Part shown: in pieces, positions 35,701-43,441 of the stretch
Layout: each line of letters opens with the position of its first letter
How positions within the stretch are numbered: position 1 is the stretch's first letter
Assembly (NCBI GenBank): GCA_030681475.1
Contig: JAUXWT010000055.1
Coordinates: 4,914 to 68,913, forward strand
DNA length: 64,000 nt
Source of the DNA: Bacteroidales bacterium
Lineage (GTDB): Bacteria > Bacteroidota > Bacteroidia > Bacteroidales > FEN-979
Direction of reading: 5' to 3'
The notes under the pieces: generated by a model
Databases searched by the model: none
What the model was told of the DNA's origin: nothing
What the model saw: only the letters and a program-made list of their open reading frames with translations
Program-made: the position numbers and the translations under genes

Positions 35701-36350
35701 TAAAAACGAACAGCGGATGGGACCGCAACCAGATGGCACAGAAAGTCGCCCTCGATATTCCCGATGGCTCTTATGTCAATCTTGGGATAGGACTTCCTGA
35801 ACTCGTGGCAGCATATGTGCCTGAAGGCAGGGAGGTTATTTACCATACCGAGAACGGTCTTCTTGGAATGGGTTCAGCGCCGGAAACCGGTTTCGAAGAT
35901 CCTGAATTGATAAACGCCGGAAAAAAAGCGGTCACGGCAATTCAGGGCGCTTGCTTTTTTCACCATGCAGACAGTTTTGCCATGATTCGCGGCGGCCATA
36001 TTGACATTTGTGTCCTTGGCGCCATGCAGGTTTCGGAAGAGGGCGACCTTGCAAACTGGTCAACCGGTGAACCTCACTCCATCCCTGCGGTTGGAGGCGC
36101 GATGGATCTCGTGAGCGGAGTGAAAACGATATTTATCATTACCCAGCATGTCACCAAAGATGGCGAGCCGAAAATAGTCGGCAAATGCACCTATCCCCTC
36201 ACCGGGAAAAAGGTCGTTGACCGGATCTATACCGATCTGGCCATCATCGATGTAACGGATGCCGGACTATTCGTTAAGGAACTCGCACCCGGTATTACCT
36301 TTGAATATGTACAGAAAAATACCGGTGTTTCACTTAACCGTTATTTCTAA
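35691..36350 (+). CDS. 3-oxoacid CoA-transferase, subunit B
   Basis: YVNLGIGLP and the active-site context HTENGLLGMG (ENG glutamate). Overlaps subunit A by 10 nt. Confidence 0.85.
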   Translation: MDIVKTNSGWDRNQMAQKVALDIPDGSYVNLGIGLPELVAAYVPEGREVIYHTENGLLGMGSAPETGFEDPELINAGKKAVTAIQGACFFHHADSFAMIRGGHIDICVLGAMQVSEEGDLANWSTGEPHSIPAVGGAMDLVSGVKTIFIITQHVTKDGEPKIVGKCTYPLTGKKVVDRIYTDLAIIDVTDAGLFVKELAPGITFEYVQKNTGVSLNRYF

Positions 36351-36394
36351 ATATCTGAAATACAATAGACTATAGAACACAAACCTTTCTACCC

Positions 36395-37747
36395 ATGGGA
36401 TCATCTTACCAAAACTCAAAAAAGGATTTACTAAATCAAAATGAATTATATCACCAGGCTTGTGAGGTAATTCCGGGAGGTATCAGCAGAAATACGGTTT
36501 ACAGGGAACCCCATCCCAGCTATGCAGATTACGCCGAAGGATGTTATATCACCGATATTGAAGGAGCCCGGCGTATTGACTTTGCTAACAATATGGCTTC
36601 CCTGATCCATGGACATGCCCACCCAGCCGTCGTGGATGCGGTAATGGAACAGGTTAAAAAAGGAACCGCTTACATGATGGCGACTGAAGCCGAAGTGCGG
36701 TTTGCTCAATTGTTATGTGACAGGGTTCCAGGATTTGAAAAAATCCGGTTTGTCAATTCGGGTACCGAGGCTGTTATGGCTATGATCAAAGCATCGAGAG
36801 CTTTTACGGGACGGACTAAAATTGCCAAAGCCGAAGGGGCTTATCATGGAACTTATGATTTCGCGGAGGTGAGCCAGACTTCGAACCCGGCAAACTGGGG
36901 AGATATCAGCAAACCCAATAGTGTCCCTCTCGTGAAGGGAACTCCCCAGGGAGTTTTAAATGATGTGATTATTTTTCCATTCAATGATGTCGGACGCACA
37001 CTGGCCATACTTGATCAGTTTGCCGATCAGATTGCCTGCGTCATGATAGATCCTGTACCGCACAGGGTCGGTTTGTTTCCGGGAGACCCTGAATTTCTGG
37101 ATGCCTTGTACAAATGGACACGAAAAAATGATGCCCTGCTGGTATTTGATGAAGTTGTTACGTTTCGCGTAAACTATGGCGGGGCTCAGGAAAATTGTCA
37201 TGTCAGGCCCGACCTTACCGCACTTGGGAAGATCATTGGGGGAGGGTTCCCGGTTGGCGCGTTGGCCGGGAGGTCGGATGTCATGAAGGTGATGGATCAG
37301 CGGGAAAGCCCTTTGCTTTATTCACTGTCCGGAACTTTTTCTGCGAACCCCATTTCCCTGACAGCAGGTCGCGTTACGATGGAGTTATTTAACAGGGAGG
37401 CTGTCAATCAATTGAATGAACTCACCCGGACCTCTATTGACCAGTTACGTGAAGCAATTAAGATCGCAGATGTTCCTGTCTCAATAACAGGAGCCGGTTC
37501 GATGTTTCGGTTTCATTTAAAAGCCTCTCCTCCAAAATCTTACCGTGAAACTTATCAAAATAAAAAAGAGCTGGAAATCATCAATTCATTTATTGATCAT
37601 CTTTTTCTGAAAGAGAATATTTTGGTGATCAATACCGGCTCGTGCATGTTTTCCACGGCGCTGACCAGGCATGAAATCGATAGACTTACGGAGGGCGTGT
37701 TAAATGGTCTCAGGAAGATCAAACCTGAGCTTGAAAAATTATCATAA
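36395..37747 (+). CDS. Class III (HemL/GSA-aminomutase-like) PLP-dependent aminotransferase
   Basis: VIPGGISRN, NSGTEAVMAMIKASRAFTGR, VFDEVVTFR, LGKIIGGGFPVGA (PLP lysine context). Confidence 0.8.
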   Translation: MGSSYQNSKKDLLNQNELYHQACEVIPGGISRNTVYREPHPSYADYAEGCYITDIEGARRIDFANNMASLIHGHAHPAVVDAVMEQVKKGTAYMMATEAEVRFAQLLCDRVPGFEKIRFVNSGTEAVMAMIKASRAFTGRTKIAKAEGAYHGTYDFAEVSQTSNPANWGDISKPNSVPLVKGTPQGVLNDVIIFPFNDVGRTLAILDQFADQIACVMIDPVPHRVGLFPGDPEFLDALYKWTRKNDALLVFDEVVTFRVNYGGAQENCHVRPDLTALGKIIGGGFPVGALAGRSDVMKVMDQRESPLLYSLSGTFSANPISLTAGRVTMELFNREAVNQLNELTRTSIDQLREAIKIADVPVSITGAGSMFRFHLKASPPKSYRETYQNKKELEIINSFIDHLFLKENILVINTGSCMFSTALTRHEIDRLTEGVLNGLRKIKPELEKLS

Positions 37748-37756
37748 AACGTTGTA

Positions 37757-38965
37757 ATGATGAGAAACGAAGTATTTATCTGCGATGCGATCAGGACCCC
37801 GGTCGGAAAATATGGTGGTTCACTCTCCACGGTACGAACAGACGATCTTGCCGCAATTCCCCTTAAAGCATTGATGGAGCGGAACCCGGGTATTGATTGG
37901 AACGCTGTTGATGATGTGCTGATGGGTTGTGCCAACCAGGCTGGCGAAGACAATAGAAATGTAGCGCGGATGGCGCTGCTGCTGGCAGGGTTTCCCCCGA
38001 CTATTTCCGGTGCGACCATAAACAGACTGTGTGGTTCGGGGATGGATGCTATCGGATCTGCTGCCAGGACTATCCGCGCCGGTGAAGCCGATTTAATTAT
38101 CGCCGGAGGGGTTGAAAGCATGACCAGGGCTCCTTTTATAATGGCAAAAGCCTCAGGCGCTTTTTCCCGGTCAGTTGAAGTTTCTGACTCTACCCTTGGA
38201 TGGAGATTCATCAATAAATTGCTTCAAAAGCAATATGGCACTGATTCCATGATGGAAACTGCTGAAAATATTGCATCAGATATCAATATAAACAGGGTAG
38301 ATCAGGATAAATTTTCATATCTTAGCCAGGAAAAATATAACCAGGCCCACCGCAATGGTTGGCTTGCCGCAGAGATTGTCCCGGTCATAGTACCCCATGA
38401 AAAAGGCGTTCCGGTGATCTTTGATAAAGATGAGCACCCAAGGATGACAACGCCGGAGAAATTAGCCACATTAAAGCCGCTGACCCGAGAAAACGGAACC
38501 GTCACCGCAGGAAACTCTTCAGGGATCAACGACGGAGCTGCAGCGCTGATCATTGCCTCCGGATTGGCCGTAAAAAGATATAATCTGACCCCAATGGCCA
38601 GGATATTGGGTATGGATACTGCAGGTGTCCTGCCACGCATTATGGGCATGGGCCCGGTGTCTGCAACAAAAAAACTCCTAGGCAGGCTTGAATTGAAAAT
38701 GGATGATCTGGATATTATTGAACTGAATGAGGCATTTGCTGCGCAGGCTTTGGGTTGTATCCGTGAATTTTGCCTTGCCGATGATGATCACAGGATAAAT
38801 CCGCTCGGGGGCGCCATAGCTTTCGGACATCCTTTGGGAATGAGCGGTGCACGACTTGTTACGACCGCCAGTCATCAGTTGCAGCGATCAGGCCTTAATA
38901 AAGCGCTTTGCACGATGTGTATCGGTGTGGGACAGGGCATTTCAATGATCATTGAAAGGGTTTAA
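37757..38965 (+). CDS. Acetyl-CoA C-acyltransferase (thiolase)
   Basis: NRLCGSGMDAI (nucleophilic Cys), GNSSGINDGAAA, NEAFAAQ, GGAIAFGHPLGMSGARL, CIGVGQGI. Confidence 0.9.
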   Translation: MMRNEVFICDAIRTPVGKYGGSLSTVRTDDLAAIPLKALMERNPGIDWNAVDDVLMGCANQAGEDNRNVARMALLLAGFPPTISGATINRLCGSGMDAIGSAARTIRAGEADLIIAGGVESMTRAPFIMAKASGAFSRSVEVSDSTLGWRFINKLLQKQYGTDSMMETAENIASDININRVDQDKFSYLSQEKYNQAHRNGWLAAEIVPVIVPHEKGVPVIFDKDEHPRMTTPEKLATLKPLTRENGTVTAGNSSGINDGAAALIIASGLAVKRYNLTPMARILGMDTAGVLPRIMGMGPVSATKKLLGRLELKMDDLDIIELNEAFAAQALGCIREFCLADDDHRINPLGGAIAFGHPLGMSGARLVTTASHQLQRSGLNKALCTMCIGVGQGISMIIERV

Positions 38966-39088
38966 GTATTATCTGACCTGCGCATCCTTCGCCAGGAGTA
39001 AATGAAATTGACGTGGAGATCAGAAACCACTTGAAAAAACGGGGCATATTCCGAAAAGCCAGATGAGTAGGAAACCAAAAACAATAAT

Positions 39089-39940
39089 ATGATTAATTCG
39101 GATATTAATATTGATGGAATGCAAAAGGCATTAAAGAAAGGGCCTTTGAGGTCATGGCTGATTGTTGGCGCAATTATCCTGGTTATACTGCTATTCAAGC
39201 CCTGGGTGCAGATTGGCGCAGGTGAAAGGGGTATCGTACTTAATTTTGGCGCTGTTCAGGATAAAGTATTGGACGAAGGGATGCATTTCCGGATTCCTAT
39301 AATGCAGACAGTCATCATCATGGATGTCAAGGTTCAAAAGACACAGACCGATGCATCATCGGCATCCTCCGACCTGCAGGATGTGACCTTGTCGGTTGCG
39401 CTGAACTACCACATCATTCCCGACCGGGCAAACATTGTTTACCAAACCATCGGGGTTCATTTCAAAGAGCGGATCATCGATCCCGCGATCCAGGAGGTAA
39501 CCAAAGCGGTATCAGCCAAGTATTCGGCAGAGGAGCTGATTACTAAAAGACCTGCAGTTAGCGAGGCAATGAAAGAGTCCCTTACAGAAAAACTGATGGC
39601 CTCAAATATAGCAGTTGATGCGGTTTCTATCGTAACATTTAGCTTTTCGAAGGTATTTATGGATGCGATTGAAGCCAAACAGACAGCAGAGCAACATGCA
39701 CTGAAGGCCAAAAGAGACCTGGACCGGATCAAGATTGAGGCAGAGCAGACTATTGCTGCAGCAACCGCAGAGGCTGAAGCATTACGGTTACAAAAAATGA
39801 ATATTTCACCCGACCTTATTGAGCTCAGAAAAATAGAGGCAAACCTGAAGGCGATCGAGAAATGGAATGGTATCCTACCACAGGTAACTGGTGGCGGCGC
39901 TGTGCCGTTCATTGGCGTGAGTGATCTGCAGAAGAAATAG
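39089..39940 (+). CDS. SPFH/band-7 (prohibitin-like) membrane protein
   Basis: N-terminal TM, GERGIVLNFGAVQDKVLDEGMHFRIP, and a C-terminal coiled coil rich in A/E/Q. Confidence 0.8.
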   Translation: MINSDINIDGMQKALKKGPLRSWLIVGAIILVILLFKPWVQIGAGERGIVLNFGAVQDKVLDEGMHFRIPIMQTVIIMDVKVQKTQTDASSASSDLQDVTLSVALNYHIIPDRANIVYQTIGVHFKERIIDPAIQEVTKAVSAKYSAEELITKRPAVSEAMKESLTEKLMASNIAVDAVSIVTFSFSKVFMDAIEAKQTAEQHALKAKRDLDRIKIEAEQTIAAATAEAEALRLQKMNISPDLIELRKIEANLKAIEKWNGILPQVTGGGAVPFIGVSDLQKK

Positions 39941-39968
39941 TTGAACAATATCATAATTTGCAATCCCA

Positions 39969-40211
39969 ATGGTTAGATATATCATTCTAATTGCAATTGC
40001 TGGTCTCGTAGGAGCTATTTTAGCCAAACCAAAAGGGCGAAGCCAGATTTTGTGGTTCCTGCTATGCGCAATTGTTCCGCTTCTGGTAATTGCAATCGCG
40101 CTGCTTCCCCCGGTAGTTACAAAGGGATATACGAAAAGATGTCCACACTGTGCCGAGATCATCAGGGAGGATGCAACGCTATGCAAATACTGTGGAATGG
40201 GTGTTCAGTGA
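39969..40211 (+). CDS. Small membrane protein with C-terminal zinc-ribbon (CPHC...CKYC)
   Basis: Two hydrophobic helices, then CPHCAEIIREDATLCKYCG. Confidence 0.5.
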   Translation: MVRYIILIAIAGLVGAILAKPKGRSQILWFLLCAIVPLLVIAIALLPPVVTKGYTKRCPHCAEIIREDATLCKYCGMGVQ

Positions 40212-40243
40212 ATTGAAATTCGTTGCGTTGCTGTATCTCTTGT

Positions 40244-41146
40244 TCAGTATTTATCAGGCACAAATGTTTGTTCCGACATTGGCGGACGTACATAGGCTTT
40301 GTCGCGCTCAAGGGGCAGAAGCGTAATGGTATCGCGGGGAACATCTTTATATGGGACCATACTGAGCAGGTGGCTGATGCAGTTGAGCCTGGCTTTTCGC
40401 TTGTCGTCAGCCTCTACCACAAACCAGGGGGATTGTTTTGTGTCGGTATAAGAAAACATTGCATCCTTTGCCTTGGAATAGTCAACCCATTTTGACCTTG
40501 ATTCCACATCCATCGGACTGATCTTCCACCTTCGTGTGGGGTCGTTGATCCGGTGAATGAATCTTTTTTCCTGCTCCTTATCACCCACCGAGAACCAATA
40601 TTTGATAAGTATGATTCCTGACCGGATCAGCATGGTTTCAAAATTCGGGCATGATCGTAGGAAGTCCCAGTATTCGGCTTCAATACAAAATTCCATCACC
40701 CGCTCCACCCCTGCCCTGTTATACCAGCTCCGGTCAAACAGCACCAGTTCCCCTGCCGCCGGTAAATGGGGCACGTACCGCTGAAAATACCATTGAGTCT
40801 TCTCTTTTTCGGTTGGCACACCTAAAGCAACAACCCGGCAAACACGCGGGTTCAGGCTCGCCGTAATCCGTTTTATTGCTCCGCCTTTTCCTGCAGCATC
40901 GCGTCCTTCAAACAATACAACCACCCTGAGACCTTTGTACTTGATCCACTCCTGGAGCCGGACTAACTCGATCTGCAGTTTGCCAAGTTCTTCTTCGTAT
41001 TCATGTTTCGGCAACTTATCATCGCCCTCCTCTTCGTGGTCCTGTTGAACTGAAGGATCATTCAGGTCGCCATCTTTCTGATGACTGGATGATTTGTCTC
41101 TCATCTCCCTATCCTTATTCTTTGTTTTATCCTTTTTATGGCCCAT
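40244..41146 (-). CDS. ppk2: Polyphosphate kinase 2
   Basis: VVVLFEGRDAAGKGGAIKRI, QRYVPHLPAAGELVLFDRSWYNRAGVERVMEF. Start placed at MGHKKDK (minus-strand ATG 41146) rather than the far-upstream start at 41395. Confidence 0.85.
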   Translation of the reverse strand: MGHKKDKTKNKDREMRDKSSSHQKDGDLNDPSVQQDHEEEGDDKLPKHEYEEELGKLQIELVRLQEWIKYKGLRVVVLFEGRDAAGKGGAIKRITASLNPRVCRVVALGVPTEKEKTQWYFQRYVPHLPAAGELVLFDRSWYNRAGVERVMEFCIEAEYWDFLRSCPNFETMLIRSGIILIKYWFSVGDKEQEKRFIHRINDPTRRWKISPMDVESRSKWVDYSKAKDAMFSYTDTKQSPWFVVEADDKRKARLNCISHLLSMVPYKDVPRDTITLLPLERDKAYVRPPMSEQTFVPDKY

Positions 41147-41201
41147 AGTTTTAGCAATTATAAAGGACGAAGATAAATAAAATTTTTCCATCAATATTAC
41201 G

Positions 41202-41209
41202 TACATTTG
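41202..41209 (+). promoter_or_regulatory. Candidate -7 promoter box (TACATTTG), with a second TAGATTTG at 41217-41224
   Basis: Matches TAnnTTTG, 25 nt upstream of the ATG at 41235. Confidence 0.35.
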
Positions 41210-41234
41210 TTTACAGTAGATTTGTTGATGAATT

Positions 41235-41468
41235 ATGGAAATAAAAGTATTTCCCGGATATCTGTTTTGGTCGTACAGCCAAAAAGCTGACTTGCCTGAA
41301 GAATTGGTTGCTGAGCATGTGATATTATATGGTGATCTGGAAGATATATTTCGATTATCCGATCTGGTTTCCCATGATATTATCGCTAAGGTCAATCAGG
41401 AGATTTTTAACAGTGGACGGTGGCCCAAACGAAGTTATTTTATTAAAAAGGTTATTTTAGGGCTATGA
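41235..41468 (+). CDS. Small (77 aa) protein, upstream partner of an AbiEii-like nucleotidyltransferase
   Basis: Overlaps the downstream gene by 4 nt (ATGA). Shares LFW.Y...E..VE.IL.YGDL.DI..L with the 60555..60824 protein. Confidence 0.5.
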   Translation: MEIKVFPGYLFWSYSQKADLPEELVAEHVILYGDLEDIFRLSDLVSHDIIAKVNQEIFNSGRWPKRSYFIKKVILGL

Positions 41469-42130
41469 GTCTTGACTTAGGAAATGTACCCCCCGTGACT
41501 TCCTCACTATTCCAACGGTTAGCCAGAGAGAGTTTTATGAGCAGCTTTTCGTTGGTGGGTGGAACGGCCCTATCCCTTCAATTAGGTCACAGGCAATCGG
41601 AAGACCTCGATTTTATTTTTGATGGAGAAAAAATAAATTCAATTGGAATCAAACGTTTTATTGCCAAACTCTTTCCGGATTATCGGTTGATTCGAGAGGA
41701 AAAAGGTTATCAGCTTGACTTTCTGTTACAAGGGGTAAAACTTACTTTTTTTTCGACAGCGGCAGTACTCATTCCTTTTCCAGTAAAGGAGCATACAATA
41801 CGTTATGGAACCCTTAACATTGCAAATGTCTCTGCGATTTCAACGCTAAAAATGGCTACAATATCGCAACGATGCACAATTCGCGACTACTATGATCTAT
41901 ACTATGTGTCAAAATTTGTTATCCCACTCGCCGAAATTTATAAAACAACTAAAGCCCTGATTCCGAACCTATCGCCGATCACATACTCCGAAACCATTGT
42001 TTATATCATGGATATTCCTGAGACATCTGTTGATTCTCATCTATTTCCGAAGGAAATAGTTTCCAAAGAACAAATTGCCGAATATTTTATTGAAGAAATA
42101 AAGAAAATGAAAGGGAGTCATGGGATATGA
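41465..42130 (+). CDS. AbiEii/AbiGii-like nucleotidyltransferase (type IV toxin-antitoxin family toxin candidate)
   Basis: FSLVGGTALSLQLGHRQSEDLDFIF matches the GG(T/S)AL...R.S.D.D NTase motif of the AbiEii family. Confidence 0.7.
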   Translation: MSLDLGNVPPVTSSLFQRLARESFMSSFSLVGGTALSLQLGHRQSEDLDFIFDGEKINSIGIKRFIAKLFPDYRLIREEKGYQLDFLLQGVKLTFFSTAAVLIPFPVKEHTIRYGTLNIANVSAISTLKMATISQRCTIRDYYDLYYVSKFVIPLAEIYKTTKALIPNLSPITYSETIVYIMDIPETSVDSHLFPKEIVSKEQIAEYFIEEIKKMKGSHGI

Positions 42131-42149
42131 ATTATCCCAATTCCAATAT

Positions 42150-43358
42150 TTATTTAATTTCATACACCCCATCAGACACCTCTGCGATGTAAAAATCGGC
42201 CTTCAGTCCGGTTTTCATCTGGTATTCCTTCCCTGCCTTTTCGATAAATTCTTCAACGATGTTGTTGCGCACAAGACTCACGGTGCATCCCCCAAATCCG
42301 GCGCCGGTCATACGTGAACCCACAACACCATTAATTTTCCGTGCCTCCGCAACCAGGGTATCCAGTTCAAATCCGGTTACTTCATAGTTGTCGCGCAGCG
42401 ACTCATGAGAAGCATTCATCAGGGCGCCAAACAGCAGGATATCTCCTTTGAGGAGACTTGCCACTGAATTCAAAACCCGCTGATTTTCTGAAATTACATG
42501 GCGTGCCCTCCTGCGGATGAGTTCATCCTGAATTTCTTCCTGTATTTTATAGAACTGCATGAAACTGATCTCTCCAAGTTTTGAAATCTCCTGACGCTGG
42601 CTCAGGCTGGCCACCGCAAGCTGACATTCGGCAACACGCTCATTGTACTTTGAATCTGCAAGACCCCGCTGTTTGTTCGTGTTTCCAATGATGAGGCTGA
42701 ACCCTTCGAGCAAAAGTGCGACCTGCTTGTACTCCAGTGTATGACAATTCAGGAAAAGTGCATGATCCTTTTTTCCCATTCCAATCGCGAACATATCCAT
42801 GATCCCGCAGTTGACCCCTACAAATTCATTCTCGGCCCGTTGCGACAACTTTATAAGGTCGATCATTTCTAATTGGGTAGCATTCATCATCACGGTAAGT
42901 GCATAGGCGGTTACCATTTCTATAGAAGCGGAGGATGACAGCCCCGCGCTATTGGGGATATCACCTGAATAAAACAAATCGAATCCGCAAACAGGGATAT
43001 TCAACTGGGCGAACTGGTCAAAGATACCGAGGGGATAATTCACCCATTGGCGGTCAACCTTCTGATTCATGTTACTCAAAGAAATTTCAGAACTGAATTC
43101 AAAGTTGGCAGAGGTAAACCTTACGACATTATCGGTTGCTGCCCTGATCAGCAGGTAAGTACCGTATTGTATGGCACAGGGCAATACGAACCCACCATTA
43201 TAATCAGTGTGTTCGCCGATCAGGTTCACCCTTCCTGGGGCGAAAAAAACCCGGGGTTTATCTTCTTGATTTCCGTAGCGTTCAAAAAATTGTTCGTGTA
43301 ATTGGATAAGGTTCATGGGCAGTTGTTGAAGATTAATGTTCAGATTGTTATTCTTCAA
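42150..43358 (-). CDS. galK: Galactokinase
   Basis: GRVNLIGEHTDYNGGFVLP signature, PNSAGLSSSA, GSRMTGAGFGGC. Confidence 0.9.
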   Translation of the reverse strand: MKNNNLNINLQQLPMNLIQLHEQFFERYGNQEDKPRVFFAPGRVNLIGEHTDYNGGFVLPCAIQYGTYLLIRAATDNVVRFTSANFEFSSEISLSNMNQKVDRQWVNYPLGIFDQFAQLNIPVCGFDLFYSGDIPNSAGLSSSASIEMVTAYALTVMMNATQLEMIDLIKLSQRAENEFVGVNCGIMDMFAIGMGKKDHALFLNCHTLEYKQVALLLEGFSLIIGNTNKQRGLADSKYNERVAECQLAVASLSQRQEISKLGEISFMQFYKIQEEIQDELIRRRARHVISENQRVLNSVASLLKGDILLFGALMNASHESLRDNYEVTGFELDTLVAEARKINGVVGSRMTGAGFGGCTVSLVRNNIVEEFIEKAGKEYQMKTGLKADFYIAEVSDGVYEIK

Positions 43359-43415
43359 TCTTCCTGCTAAATTAATAAGAAATTGAATGAGTATGGATTA
43401 AAAGCAGGAAAATGG

Positions 43416-43423
43416 TAATTTTG
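43416..43423 (+). promoter_or_regulatory. Candidate -7 promoter box (TAATTTTG)
   Basis: Matches TAnnTTTG, 18 nt upstream of the ATG at 43442. Confidence 0.35.
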
Positions 43424-43441
43424 CGGTAAAATTGCCTGACC

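Noticed and set aside
37597-38214. 205-aa minus-strand ORF spanning the aminotransferase/thiolase junction
   Set aside because: Antisense to two genes with clear catalytic motifs. Low-complexity Ala/Ser/Pro-rich translation.
39457-39969. 170-aa minus-strand ORF antisense to the SPFH gene
   Set aside because: Mirror of the Ala/Glu-rich coiled-coil coding region. No independent support.
41147-41395. 83-codon N-terminal extension of the PPK2 ORF
   Set aside because: The extension has no similarity to PPK2 and overlaps the divergent promoter and start of the 41235 gene. MGHKKDK at 41146 gives a normal ~300-aa PPK2.
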